This document shows, one piece after another, positions 49,383-58,832 of a stretch of DNA of 64,000 nucleotides. Each line of letters opens with the position of its first letter. Position 1 is the first letter of the stretch. This stretch comes from Candidatus Doudnabacteria bacterium. Lineage in GTDB: Bacteria > Patescibacteriota > Doudnabacteria > UBA920 > VMFF01. The notes beneath the pieces were generated by a model. It saw nothing but the letters and a program-made list of their open reading frames with translations. It was not told the origin of the DNA and did not search any database. The DNA lies in NCBI GenBank assembly GCA_028286905.1, contig JAQBQP010000001.1, forward strand, positions 79,114 to 143,113, read 5' to 3'. A program made the translations under genes and the position numbers.

Positions 49383-49652
49383 ATGAATAAACTGCCTTGT
49401 GCACATTTATTAGAAGCAAAAGAAAATGTTAATCCAAAAACCCCAAATGGATGTGAAGAATGTTTGGAAACTGGGGACGCCTGGGTACAACTTCGTTTAT
49501 GCTTAACCTGCGGCCATGTTGGCTGTTGCGATAGCTCAAAAAATAAGCATGCCACCAAACATTTTCACCAGACCAAACATCCGGTAATCAAATCATTTCA
49601 ACCCGGTGATACCTGGAAATGGTGCTACATTGACGAAGCTTTCCTAGAGTAG
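49383..49652 (+). CDS. UBP-type zinc-finger protein
   Basis: Cys/His pattern CAHL…CEECLETGDAWVQLRLCLTCGHVGCCDSSKNKHATKHF typical of zf-UBP. Confidence 0.7.
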   Translation: MNKLPCAHLLEAKENVNPKTPNGCEECLETGDAWVQLRLCLTCGHVGCCDSSKNKHATKHFHQTKHPVIKSFQPGDTWKWCYIDEAFLE

Positions 49653-49670
49653 AACCCTAAAATTACAGGA

Positions 49671-49699
49671 TTGCCAAATAGTCCTCCTTATGATATATT
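49671..49699 (+). promoter_or_regulatory. Promoter TTGCCA-17-TGaTATATT for GC-rich membrane-protein gene
   Basis: Read from sequence; leader carries GAGGAGG SD. Confidence 0.5.
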
Positions 49700-49754
49700 C
49701 AGAAATCGGCTAAGCATTGAGCTTAACCACAACCTGAATACCTGAGGAGGATTC

Positions 49755-50372
49755 ATGTTTTCATTGAGCGGAGTTGTTAACGTTATTTCCAAAGACGTAC
49801 TGGTCTGGGGAACCTTCTTGGTGTTCCTGGAAGCATTCTGGGCCTACATGGATCGGATGCTGACGGCCGGCCAAATGCGCAACCGCGGCTTCTTTCGTGG
49901 AATTCCATTCCTGCCGCATCCGGCTTGCTGGGCGGACCTGCTGATCTTCACGCCGCTGATAGCATACCTCTACGGTCGATTCGGATCGACCTGGACGGCT
50001 AGGGAAAGTCTGGTCTGTATGCTGATTGCTCTCTTCATCTGCTACGGCATGACCAAGATGTGGATCGAGGGCGGACTGGAAATCCCGGACTTTGCCACTT
50101 ATCACCACGAGCTGACATTAGCGGGCTGGTTACACACGCTGTATTTCTGGGCGGCATTTGTCGCGGTACTGCTGTTCGCGAACACACCAAACGTCCCCCG
50201 CACCGAATCAGCAATCCTGTTGTCGATCATCGCCGTGCATGTCACCGCTGGAACCGTCTGGCCGAACATCTACACCCGTCGGCCGGCGTTTCCAAGGTCG
50301 ACGGTAGCCACACTGCTTCCCTGCTACGCGTTGATCGCCGCGACTTGGTTCTACCAGGCACATCATCGGTAG
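49755..50372 (+). CDS. Hypothetical integral membrane protein (205 aa, 4-5 TM) in GC-rich islet
   Basis: ~57% GC ORF, GAGGAGG SD, aromatic-rich TM helices; no family recognised. Confidence 0.55.
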   Translation: MFSLSGVVNVISKDVLVWGTFLVFLEAFWAYMDRMLTAGQMRNRGFFRGIPFLPHPACWADLLIFTPLIAYLYGRFGSTWTARESLVCMLIALFICYGMTKMWIEGGLEIPDFATYHHELTLAGWLHTLYFWAAFVAVLLFANTPNVPRTESAILLSIIAVHVTAGTVWPNIYTRRPAFPRSTVATLLPCYALIAATWFYQAHHR

Positions 50373-50404
50373 TTCCCGCTAGCCGCCGTATTCAATGAAA
50401 AAAC

Positions 50405-50450
50405 AAAAAGAGAGAAGTAACTCGCCGATCGGGCTTGTGCTTCTCTCTTT
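50405..50450. terminator. Bidirectional terminator (12-bp stem AAAAGAGAGAAG/CTTCTCTCTTTT with 22-nt loop containing CCGATCGG)
   Basis: Stem checked base by base; T-run on minus side serves the convergent surface-protein gene. Confidence 0.65.
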
Positions 50451-50475
50451 TGTATTCCCCATTATTTTATGTTTA

Positions 50476-53400
50476 TTATCCGCCAATATATCCTAATGCA
50501 TTCAATGCGCTAGCAGGTCTAGCTGGTAGGATATTGGTTTGTGGCAAGCTCGCTGAGATATCATATTGGTTGGCATTAACCACATTTTTTAGATTGTAGC
50601 CCCAGGAATAGAAAGTATTCATATCTGGAATTCCAATCTTTCCAGTATTACCAACTATATATACTGTTCCTTGATAGATTACTAAAGTTCCTGCAGGGTG
50701 CGTTGTTGCGGCATTACTAATTGGAGTAAGTGTAGTCATAAAGCTTGTATCCCCTGCTAAGACGTTTGCGTAAGAATAACCAAGGCCAAAAAATACTTGC
50801 TCAGATACAAAGCCTGCTCGTTTGCCATTTGTAATTAAGTATACGGTGCCATGATCGTTAATTAATGATCCGTCCATTGGCGCTGCAAATGTACTTAAAG
50901 GTATTGCTGTATCAGCGGAGGTTGAAGGGAGAGCGTTTGCGAAGGAGTTAAAACCATAAGACAAGAATGCTCCTGCAGAGGTGTAGGCATGCCTATTTGT
51001 TCCATCGTAGAAAAATATTGTTCCTTGATAAGTTGTATTAGAACCAGCTGGATGAGCGGACCCTGTTGGTAAGGTTACTGGTGGAGTTACAGGGGTTGTC
51101 GGAGACGTTGGAGATGCTGGAGATGTCGGCGTCATACCGGGTTGATTTAGATATTGAGCTGCGGTAATAGTTGAAATGGTATAATTCGCTGGGTTTCCTG
51201 GAGTTGGCTTAATTAGCTTTCCTGTTTGCAAATAAAGATTTAGGGAAGCGGTAGTATCAAAAGGGTGCAAACCATCTGATTCAACTAGATACATTGGAGC
51301 AACTCCCATAAAAATCACGTCTCCTGGAAACGTTCCTGCGGGCAACAATACTCCTGGAGCTGTTGGAGGAATTACAGGTGGAATGACCGGAGGAGTTACA
51401 GAAGTACCAAGACCAACACCTGAAAGAATTACTATTTGCGGACTCCCTGTTACGCCGGGTTCTGTAAACGTAAGGGTTCCAGTTCTTGCTCCACTTTGGG
51501 TCGGAGTAAAGGTAGCATAGACATCACAGTGGGTGTTTGAAACAGCGCCTAGGTTACAATAATTTTGGGAAATGGCGAAGTCCCCTGTTGTAGTAGGATT
51601 AACTGTAATATTGGCTGTAGTAGGATTGTACAAGGAAATTATCACAGAGGTAGAAGCACTGCCGACGTTGACGCTTCCAAAGCTTATTGAGAGAGGAGTG
51701 GCGTACACAAGTGTTCCGGTGGGAGGATTATTAACCGGGTTAGACAGAGTAGCAATACTTAGTCCAGCAGACTGTGAAGAATTATTACCCGCCGCATCAT
51801 AAGCGCTCACCGTATATGAATAGGTAGTTGCAGCTGTTAATCCTTGATCTAAATATGTAGTTCCAGTAGCAATCGCGATCTGTGTGCCATTTCTATAAAT
51901 TTTATATCCGGTTACTGCGGTATTGTCTGTTGATGTATTCCAATTTAGAACTATTGAAGTTGTAGTTACAGTTCCTTTGATTAACCCAGTCGGTACCGTG
52001 GGAGAAGTAGTGTCAGAAGGAGGAGCTGGTGTGAAAGTACCCGGCGTACCGGCAACAACACCTGTGATCATGGAATTTAATGTAGGAATATCCGCACCTA
52101 CATCCTTGCCATCGCTTCCGCCATTTTTTAAATTTCCACTGGCGATTAAATAATTGCTATTCGCAAGATCGGTAAAATTTAGAGCCGAAAGCGTGGCCGG
52201 ATAATAAGTATTGGTTCCAACCGGACCAGTACTCGCACCGCCGACTATGGCATTATTTTTAAAACTATAATTAGTAAAAGATTTTACAAGGCTTACATCG
52301 CCAGATTGCGTGCCAGCAGCTTTAAAGCCATAAATGCCGCCCATTATAATATTATTATCAAAATCAAACCCTACTGCATCAATTACCCCGTCTGGCTCCA
52401 TTGCAGCTAAAATATTTCCTGTCGAAACCATAGTATTGTGAGAAATTTGAACATTTGGCATCGCCGGAGAACCGCCCGTGGTAAAAAGACTAGGGCCTCC
52501 TGGATCGCTAAAATAAGGCGCGACGTTAATTTTTTCCACAACATTGTTAGTAAAACTAAAATTATTCATTACTGTGGCAGGAGGTGGATATATTCCAATC
52601 AAGCTCATAACAGATCCAACATTGCGCACATAATTATAACGTACTGTTACATCTCCTGTGTGATAATAAGAAGGACCTGTACCGTATTGATTAGTCGATT
52701 TAAAATTGAAAGCTTTTCCCCCTTGTTGTCCGGCCCAACTACCGTCCATGACATTGCCTTCTACTAAAACACGCTCGCCTACTTTCAATTCAAAAAGACA
52801 TTTTATAATCCATGGAGTGCTGTCAGTCATCCATGAAGCCGGTTTATAAAAATAATTATCTCTGACTTCAATATCACTTGGGTTTACTCCCGGGATTGAA
52901 TTAGGCGAACCTCCAAAAAAAACATTCTCTCCAGCGCCTTCCAAATAATTGTTTACAATTTTATAACCCTCGGCACCGTTCCATCCGCCCATCGCTGCAG
53001 AATCGGAACCGGCCTCTTTCCAGTCATTTAAATAAGAATCGATAACAGCGGTCATTCTGCCATTCAAAGCAATTCCTCTTCTACCACCTAAGACCGGGTC
53101 ACCGGATATAATAACTCTATCAAAAGTAATGTCATGAGGCAGCTGTCCGACAGTGGTTTCTGGAACGTTCGTATCTCCAATACGAATCAGACCAGTGCTA
53201 AAAATAGCAGGATTTGGAATAAAGCGAATACCAACAAAACGATAGTGGTTTGCTTGATACTGAGTTTGGATCGCTGTTTGAGGCTGACTGTTTCCACCAG
53301 TAATGGTCGGCATGTTTACGGCGTCAGCGAGCGAAACACGTTTTCCCGGGGCCGGTAAACTAGAAAGTTTACTAGATTCGATAATAATCCACTTATTAGA

Positions 53401-53724
53401 TGGGTTGGTTTTATTAGGCAAACTGAAAGTTCCAGGGAAAATGTCCCCTGCTTTCAATATAATAGTATCGCCAGGTTGAGCGTTATTAATGGCGGTCTGT
53501 AAATTAGTAGAACAATTTGATAATCCTGCGCAACTATTTGCAACATTAAAAATTGCTCCGGTCTGAACCGGCATTGTTGTATCAATGTAAACTCGAGGCA
53601 GCTCAGGAGGCGTTGTAGCTGCGTGCGCACTATGCCCGATGAAGACAAAAAAAACCGTAACTAAAATCACCACTTTCGCTTGAAATTTCATATTCTTTCT
53701 TATTATTTTTTGTTTTTGTTTCAA
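50476..53724 (-). CDS. Large secreted surface protein: parallel beta-helix + fibronectin type III + Pro/Thr-rich linkers
   Basis: Signal peptide; beta-helix N-half; Fn3 segment (…TGYKIYRNGTQIA…TYSYTVSAYDAAGN); PPVIPPVIPP and PTSPASPTSPTTPVTPP linkers. Confidence 0.75.
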   Translation of the reverse strand: MKQKQKIIRKNMKFQAKVVILVTVFFVFIGHSAHAATTPPELPRVYIDTTMPVQTGAIFNVANSCAGLSNCSTNLQTAINNAQPGDTIILKAGDIFPGTFSLPNKTNPSNKWIIIESSKLSSLPAPGKRVSLADAVNMPTITGGNSQPQTAIQTQYQANHYRFVGIRFIPNPAIFSTGLIRIGDTNVPETTVGQLPHDITFDRVIISGDPVLGGRRGIALNGRMTAVIDSYLNDWKEAGSDSAAMGGWNGAEGYKIVNNYLEGAGENVFFGGSPNSIPGVNPSDIEVRDNYFYKPASWMTDSTPWIIKCLFELKVGERVLVEGNVMDGSWAGQQGGKAFNFKSTNQYGTGPSYYHTGDVTVRYNYVRNVGSVMSLIGIYPPPATVMNNFSFTNNVVEKINVAPYFSDPGGPSLFTTGGSPAMPNVQISHNTMVSTGNILAAMEPDGVIDAVGFDFDNNIIMGGIYGFKAAGTQSGDVSLVKSFTNYSFKNNAIVGGASTGPVGTNTYYPATLSALNFTDLANSNYLIASGNLKNGGSDGKDVGADIPTLNSMITGVVAGTPGTFTPAPPSDTTSPTVPTGLIKGTVTTTSIVLNWNTSTDNTAVTGYKIYRNGTQIAIATGTTYLDQGLTAATTYSYTVSAYDAAGNNSSQSAGLSIATLSNPVNNPPTGTLVYATPLSISFGSVNVGSASTSVIISLYNPTTANITVNPTTTGDFAISQNYCNLGAVSNTHCDVYATFTPTQSGARTGTLTFTEPGVTGSPQIVILSGVGLGTSVTPPVIPPVIPPTAPGVLLPAGTFPGDVIFMGVAPMYLVESDGLHPFDTTASLNLYLQTGKLIKPTPGNPANYTISTITAAQYLNQPGMTPTSPASPTSPTTPVTPPVTLPTGSAHPAGSNTTYQGTIFFYDGTNRHAYTSAGAFLSYGFNSFANALPSTSADTAIPLSTFAAPMDGSLINDHGTVYLITNGKRAGFVSEQVFFGLGYSYANVLAGDTSFMTTLTPISNAATTHPAGTLVIYQGTVYIVGNTGKIGIPDMNTFYSWGYNLKNVVNANQYDISASLPQTNILPARPASALNALGYIGG

Positions 53725-53901
53725 TTTGGCTGACTTCCATTAATTTTGATGAAAGCGCGCCTTTTGGGAACTACTTATATAAACATTATAGCATATTGGA
53801 TAAATTTAGTAAAGTCTTAGGATAGTATTTTAATCCAATTTACGATAGCATCACTAAATGCTATCTTAAAAGAAGTAATAATCATTATAAATAACCTCTA
53901 T

Positions 53902-54510
53902 ATGAAAAAAGTCTTTCTTATCTCAGCTTTTGCGCTATTAGCTGCAGGATGCACTAGTACGGTAAACACGGATCCTAATGCAAACAATAATAATCCTCCG
54001 ATTCAGCCGCCACAACAAACACAACCAACAACCCAAACTTATAAAAATAGCACCTATTCCTTTCAATTCCAGTACCCTGCTGACATGGCTTTTGTCACGC
54101 CAAACTATGCTCTTTTGAACGATAAAGTCACAGAACTTCAAATTCCTAAAACAGATTATCCAAACACAAACTTCGGTGATGCGGCTTTCTCGGTTAGCGC
54201 TTCATACGCGAAAACATTAGCCAGCTGCTTGGCAATGAATCCTCCTGAAAATGGAGATGGCTTTAAAACCACGGTACAAATTAACGGTGTAACCTTCTAT
54301 ACTACTTCTGGCGCGGGTGCGGGCGCTGGAAACCGTTACGATACAAAAACTTATCGAACCTTAGTTGGCGCTCAAAGTTGCATAGAATTAAATGAAACTG
54401 TTCACACTTCCGCTATTGGTAACTACCCTGCCGGTACAGTTACGGCAGTGGATATCAATGCTGTACAATCCAGACTGGACCAGGTTTTAAACACATTTAA
54501 GTTTAATTAA
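53902..54510 (+). CDS. Lipoprotein, hypothetical
   Basis: Lipobox LLAAG|C after signal peptide; N/Q/P-rich linker. Confidence 0.65.
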   Translation: MKKVFLISAFALLAAGCTSTVNTDPNANNNNPPIQPPQQTQPTTQTYKNSTYSFQFQYPADMAFVTPNYALLNDKVTELQIPKTDYPNTNFGDAAFSVSASYAKTLASCLAMNPPENGDGFKTTVQINGVTFYTTSGAGAGAGNRYDTKTYRTLVGAQSCIELNETVHTSAIGNYPAGTVTAVDINAVQSRLDQVLNTFKFN

Positions 54511-55157
54511 GCCCATTCTTCAAAAATAAAATCAGGTTCAGATTGTGTAAGCCTTTCCTTCAATCGAGCATGAACTTCTTTTGGGTACCCAGAATAAACA
54601 AAGCCGGCAACCTTAACGCCTGCGGCTTTGCCATAATCTAAATCACTGGGCACATCACCTAACATTAAAACTCTTTCTGGTTTTAAATTATTTTTCTGAA
54701 AAAAAGATTTTATCGCATCAACCTTGCGATCAGACTCGCCGACAATATGTGCGGCATCAAATAAATCCGCGACCCTCTCTTCGCTAAAGCGATCCAAAAT
54801 ACTTTGTTTCTTTGCGGCCGAAACGATGCCAAGCTGGATCCCTGATTGATGTAATTTTTTTAAAGTTTGCAGTGCTCCCGGAAAAAATTCAGAACGAAAA
54901 TTATTTCTGTCAGAAATAGTCCAATATTTTTTGTTAAACTGTTCTTGCTCCTCTAACGTATCACATTTCAAACCGAAATGAGAATGTAATTTAGAAAAAG
55001 GTTGAATGTATTCACAAATGAATTCATTTACTTCTACTGTTATTCCGTGTTCCTTATACATCTCAACGGCATTCAATGCTAAGTGCTCCATTGAATTCAA
55101 AATGGTACCATCATAATCTGCCAATAATGCATCGAATTTACCAACAATATTCTGGTA
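54507..55157 (-). CDS. HAD-superfamily hydrolase (phosphatase)
   Basis: Motif I DYDGT (ALLADYDGTIL), motif III/IV region (LMLGDVPSDLDYG); likely start MYQNIVGKF at 55157. Confidence 0.75.
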   Translation of the reverse strand, partial: YQNIVGKFDALLADYDGTILNSMEHLALNAVEMYKEHGITVEVNEFICEYIQPFSKLHSHFGLKCDTLEEQEQFNKKYWTISDRNNFRSEFFPGALQTLKKLHQSGIQLGIVSAAKKQSILDRFSEERVADLFDAAHIVGESDRKVDAIKSFFQKNNLKPERVLMLGDVPSDLDYGKAAGVKVAGFVYSGYPKEVHARLKERLTQSEPDFIFEEWA

Positions 55158-55179
55158 CATATATGTTATAATAACACAT

Positions 55180-55944
55180 ATGAATATCGATGGCATCCAA
55201 GCAAAACCAAAGCACATTTCGAAACAAAATTCTTTTTTGAATCAACCGAAACCGCACTTTGCAGAGCGACAAGTACTCTCCGCGCCTTATCAACAAAGAA
55301 CAAAAGCAATTACGCTGACAAGGTTTATAGATAAAAAACAAGCAGCAACTATTGCGATAACTTTTTTAGTGACGTTTATTTTCTCCATCGCTACTAGTAG
55401 AGGCTTGGCTTCTTATAATAATTATTCTGATCCGCAAAAATTTTCCAGCGATATTAGTGTCGATCCAACTTTTCAAGTAATTTCCCAACCGGATCAGTTA
55501 ACACTGGATGACCAAGTGCTATCGCAACCGGGAGAAGTATTTTTACCAAAAGAAAAAATTAGTTTACCAGATCCTTTAAAAAAACGGAAAGAATTTTTAG
55601 AGAAATATTTGAAGTCCAAAAACTCGCCGCTAGCGGATCATGTTGAAGCCATCTCCGAGCAAAGCCAGTGGAAACTTATAATTGCAATTTCTAGAGCGGA
55701 AAGTTCTTTTTGCAAACACCAAGTAACTAATAATTGTTGGGGTATTGGTGGTGCTTGGAATATGAAGAACTACCAAAATTTTGATCAGGCAGTAGCGGAT
55801 GTCAATAGAATCCTGGAAGAACACTATATTCAAGCTGGTTTAAATACTCCAAAATCAATCGTAAAAAAATATGTCGGGCATCAGAATGACAACTGGCAAT
55901 TAGCAGTTGAGCAAGAACTACAGAATCTTTCAGAGGTTCAATAG
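55180..55944 (+). CDS. TM-anchored protein with possible glucosaminidase-like (FlgJ C-terminal-like) domain
   Basis: N-terminal TM helix; C-terminal …AISRAESSF…NNCWGIGG… resembles the NNLFGIK motif of mannosyl-glycoprotein endo-beta-N-acetylglucosaminidases; start uncertain. Confidence 0.4.
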   Translation: MNIDGIQAKPKHISKQNSFLNQPKPHFAERQVLSAPYQQRTKAITLTRFIDKKQAATIAITFLVTFIFSIATSRGLASYNNYSDPQKFSSDISVDPTFQVISQPDQLTLDDQVLSQPGEVFLPKEKISLPDPLKKRKEFLEKYLKSKNSPLADHVEAISEQSQWKLIIAISRAESSFCKHQVTNNCWGIGGAWNMKNYQNFDQAVADVNRILEEHYIQAGLNTPKSIVKKYVGHQNDNWQLAVEQELQNLSEVQ

Positions 55945-55956
55945 ACAAGAGCAAAT

Positions 55957-55986
55957 AAAAATCCAGGATCCTCATCCTGGATTTTT
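55957..55986. terminator. Bidirectional intrinsic terminator
   Basis: AAAAATCCAGGA-tcctca-TCCTGGATTTTT. Confidence 0.75.
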
Positions 55987-56013
55987 ATTTGAGACCTATC
56001 ATCCAATGGCTAT

Positions 56014-56235
56014 TTAAACCTGATACCTACGAAATTCAATAGTGTCATCAGGGCGCTTAAAACGCTTGGCATAATTTGCAAACTCTAGCAAATTAGTCTT
56101 TAGATATTCAATCGTTTTACTTTGTTCTTTTTGCTTTTTCTTTGATTCTTTTGGATCTTTCTGTAAAAATTCATCATCACTGACTCGGTTGAATATTATG
56201 TTTTTAATTTGATCGTGATATACGTTTATTGCCAT
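56014..56235 (-). CDS. Small hypothetical protein (73 aa), Lys/Glu-rich
   Basis: GGGAG SD 5 nt upstream of ATG; downstream of PucR-family regulator gene. Confidence 0.4.
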   Translation of the reverse strand: MAINVYHDQIKNIIFNRVSDDEFLQKDPKESKKKQKEQSKTIEYLKTNLLEFANYAKRFKRPDDTIEFRRYQV

Positions 56236-56378
56236 ATGCGTCTCCCTTCCAAATTCATACTAGCGGAAATTCATATTCCTAACATTGGCACAGCGGTACA
56301 TTTGTTGAGGCATTCTGAATTCTAATTGATTGTTTTATCCAATCCTTGGCATTAAATTGTGTAAAAAGAGGGTTTGTT

Positions 56379-57602
56379 TTAAGCACGTTCTTTTTCTTGC
56401 AAATTGCTCAAGATTGAGGCAAGTTTTAACTTCACTGCATCATTGAAGTTGCGAGGGTCTAATCCAGTAATTTTTTTTATTTTGGACAGTCTATACAGCA
56501 AAGTGTTGCGGTGAATGTTTAAATTTTTTGCAGTTTGGGTCAAGCTCATATTTTCATTAAAGAAAACCTCGACCGTCTCAATCAAATATTTTTCAGGCAG
56601 CAATTGGGTCAAAAGATTTTTAACAAAGTTTTCCTGCCAACGTTTGTTCCCTCCTGCCAATATTGCAATCATTCCTAAGTCATCGATATGGAATAGAGGC
56701 TTATGCTCTTCGAAGTTTAAACCAAGTTGCAATGAAACTTTTGCTTCTTCATATGCCAAAACAATTCCATCTTTCCCTCGATAGAAGTTGCCAAGACCAA
56801 TTGCAACTTTAGCAATTTCTTTTGGAAATTGACGATGCACAATTGCATTGAAGTCAGCGGCTTTCTTCCGCATTATTTCAATCATCTGGCCACCCTTCAT
56901 AGTTGGAGTCTCATCAATCAAGGCGATGAATGTATCATTTCCAAAATAAGAAATTTGCACTGCGGAAACTTCACCATAAAATTCTTTTATCGCATCGTAA
57001 AGTTTTTTCTTGTAGGTGTGCAAGCGTCCCTGTCTTTCATCTTCACTGGTTGGAGTTTCTTCACTGAACTGAGTTTGCCAAAATCCTGGGGCATAAATCA
57101 CTACAACGATCTTGTCTTTATGCAAGCTGACCTCTAACAATTCTGCTTCATCGTAAGTGCGTTGATCATCCCAAGAAAGCTTGTGATGCAACAAACCAAA
57201 GATGAAATTGTCTTTAATTTTATCTTTGTAAGGAACATTGTCTATTACTAATGTTTGATAAATGAGCAATTCGCCTGTGGTTTTTGCCATTGGCAAATAC
57301 TTTTTGTAATTATCCGGTTCGTCTTGTATATATAGAGTAGCGACAACTTCTCCATTATAAACCAAAGGAATAATAATACCGGTTTCCAGTGGGTTCTTAG
57401 TAAAGCTAAAGTCTTCTTTGGTTACTTCAAGATTGGTGTTAGTTTCAGCGGCTCGCTGCATTGCTGTAAACTGTAAACCGGTCTTGGTAAGATCTGTGCT
57501 GGCTAGAATTGTTCCAAGAGGATCGCTAATAATAACTGCGCGGTTGATTAAGGATGATATTTTATTTACAATGGTTTCTGCAATAAGTTCATTGATTGGC
57601 AT
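56379..57602 (-). CDS. PucR/CdaR family transcriptional regulator
   Basis: C-terminal PucR-type HTH (…LTQTAKNLNIHRNTLLYRLSKIKKITGLD…), N-terminal sensor-like region. Confidence 0.75.
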   Translation of the reverse strand: MPINELIAETIVNKISSLINRAVIISDPLGTILASTDLTKTGLQFTAMQRAAETNTNLEVTKEDFSFTKNPLETGIIIPLVYNGEVVATLYIQDEPDNYKKYLPMAKTTGELLIYQTLVIDNVPYKDKIKDNFIFGLLHHKLSWDDQRTYDEAELLEVSLHKDKIVVVIYAPGFWQTQFSEETPTSEDERQGRLHTYKKKLYDAIKEFYGEVSAVQISYFGNDTFIALIDETPTMKGGQMIEIMRKKAADFNAIVHRQFPKEIAKVAIGLGNFYRGKDGIVLAYEEAKVSLQLGLNFEEHKPLFHIDDLGMIAILAGGNKRWQENFVKNLLTQLLPEKYLIETVEVFFNENMSLTQTAKNLNIHRNTLLYRLSKIKKITGLDPRNFNDAVKLKLASILSNLQEKERA

Positions 57603-57760
57603 ATTGTTGATTGGTGGTTACGGTTTTATACATGTATTATACAAACGTACAAAAGAACGTCTGTTGTACATATCATACAATATAATAGCAATTAATTATA
57701 CTAATTTGTCCTAAGCATACAACTAATTTTAATACTTTTATACAAAAAATACTTTAAATT

Positions 57761-58777
57761 ATGATCATATTAGCAATAGAAACATCTTGCGACGAGACCG
57801 CAGCAGCTGTGGTTAAGACCCAAAAAAGCGTTATTAAGCCTTTAAGCAGCGTCGTTTCTAGCCAAATTCCTTTACATCGAAAGACCAGAGGTGTTGTTCC
57901 CGAAGTAGCGGCAAGAGCGCATATTCGCAAAATTAACGCGGTTGTTAAAAAAGCCTTAACAGATGCTCGTATAGGGCTAAAATCTATTGATTACCTAGCA
58001 GTAACTAATGGTCCTGGTCTAATTACTTCTCTATTAATAGGCACCGAATATGTTAAAGCTTTGAGCTTAGCCATAAATAAGAAAATCATCCCTACCAACC
58101 ATATGTCTGGGCATCTTTATTCTGCTTTTTTACAAAACCCGCAGCTAAAGCTCCCAAGCATTAATTTGATCGTTTCAGGCGGCCACACTTATATTGTTTT
58201 ATTAGCTTCAAAAAACAAAATTAAAATTATCGGCCAGACAATTGATGATGCAGCCGGTGAAGCATTCGATAAGGTTGCTCGAATGCTAGAGTTACCTTAT
58301 CCTGGCGGACCAGAAATTTCGAAAGCAGCATTACATGGAAAAAGAGATTATGATTTTCCAAGACCAATGCAATATACCAAAGATTACAATTTCAGCTTCG
58401 CTGGATTAAAGACAGCAGTCTTATATAAAATTAGAGATGAGAAGTTAAAGATGTCAGATCCACAAGTAGTTGCTGACCTAGCTTTTTCTTTTCAGAATGC
58501 TGCTGTAGATGTGCTTGTAGCAAAAACAATCCGCGCTGCAAAACAATACAAAGCAAAAAGCATTACTTTATCGGGTGGAGTAGCCGCTAATAAAAAACTG
58601 CGCAAAGATCTAGGGGACGCCGCCAAAAAGGAAAAACTTAAATTGTACGTGCCCGATTTTAAACTTTGCACCGACAATGCATTGATGATTGCAAACGCAG
58701 CAGCAATAAAGCTTCAAGGCGGTTTTAAACCGGTTAATTATACAAAGGTTAAAGTTAATCCAGGCCTAGAAATATAA
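57761..58777 (+). CDS. tsaD: tRNA N6-adenosine threonylcarbamoyltransferase TsaD
   Basis: MIILAIETSCDETAAAVV start, ASKAS/HSGG-family metal-binding motifs (HMSGHLY). Confidence 0.9.
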   Translation: MIILAIETSCDETAAAVVKTQKSVIKPLSSVVSSQIPLHRKTRGVVPEVAARAHIRKINAVVKKALTDARIGLKSIDYLAVTNGPGLITSLLIGTEYVKALSLAINKKIIPTNHMSGHLYSAFLQNPQLKLPSINLIVSGGHTYIVLLASKNKIKIIGQTIDDAAGEAFDKVARMLELPYPGGPEISKAALHGKRDYDFPRPMQYTKDYNFSFAGLKTAVLYKIRDEKLKMSDPQVVADLAFSFQNAAVDVLVAKTIRAAKQYKAKSITLSGGVAANKKLRKDLGDAAKKEKLKLYVPDFKLCTDNALMIANAAAIKLQGGFKPVNYTKVKVNPGLEI

Positions 58778-58784
58778 AAGGAAA

Positions 58785-58813
58785 GCGGCGTGTTCTCAAA
58801 GAGAACACGCCGC
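58785..58813. terminator. Perfect 13-bp GC-rich hairpin GCGGCGTGTTCTC-aaa-GAGAACACGCCGC
   Basis: T-run only on minus-strand side, so probably terminates the minus-strand 127-aa gene. Confidence 0.6.
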
Positions 58814-58832
58814 TAGTACTAACCGTCACGCC

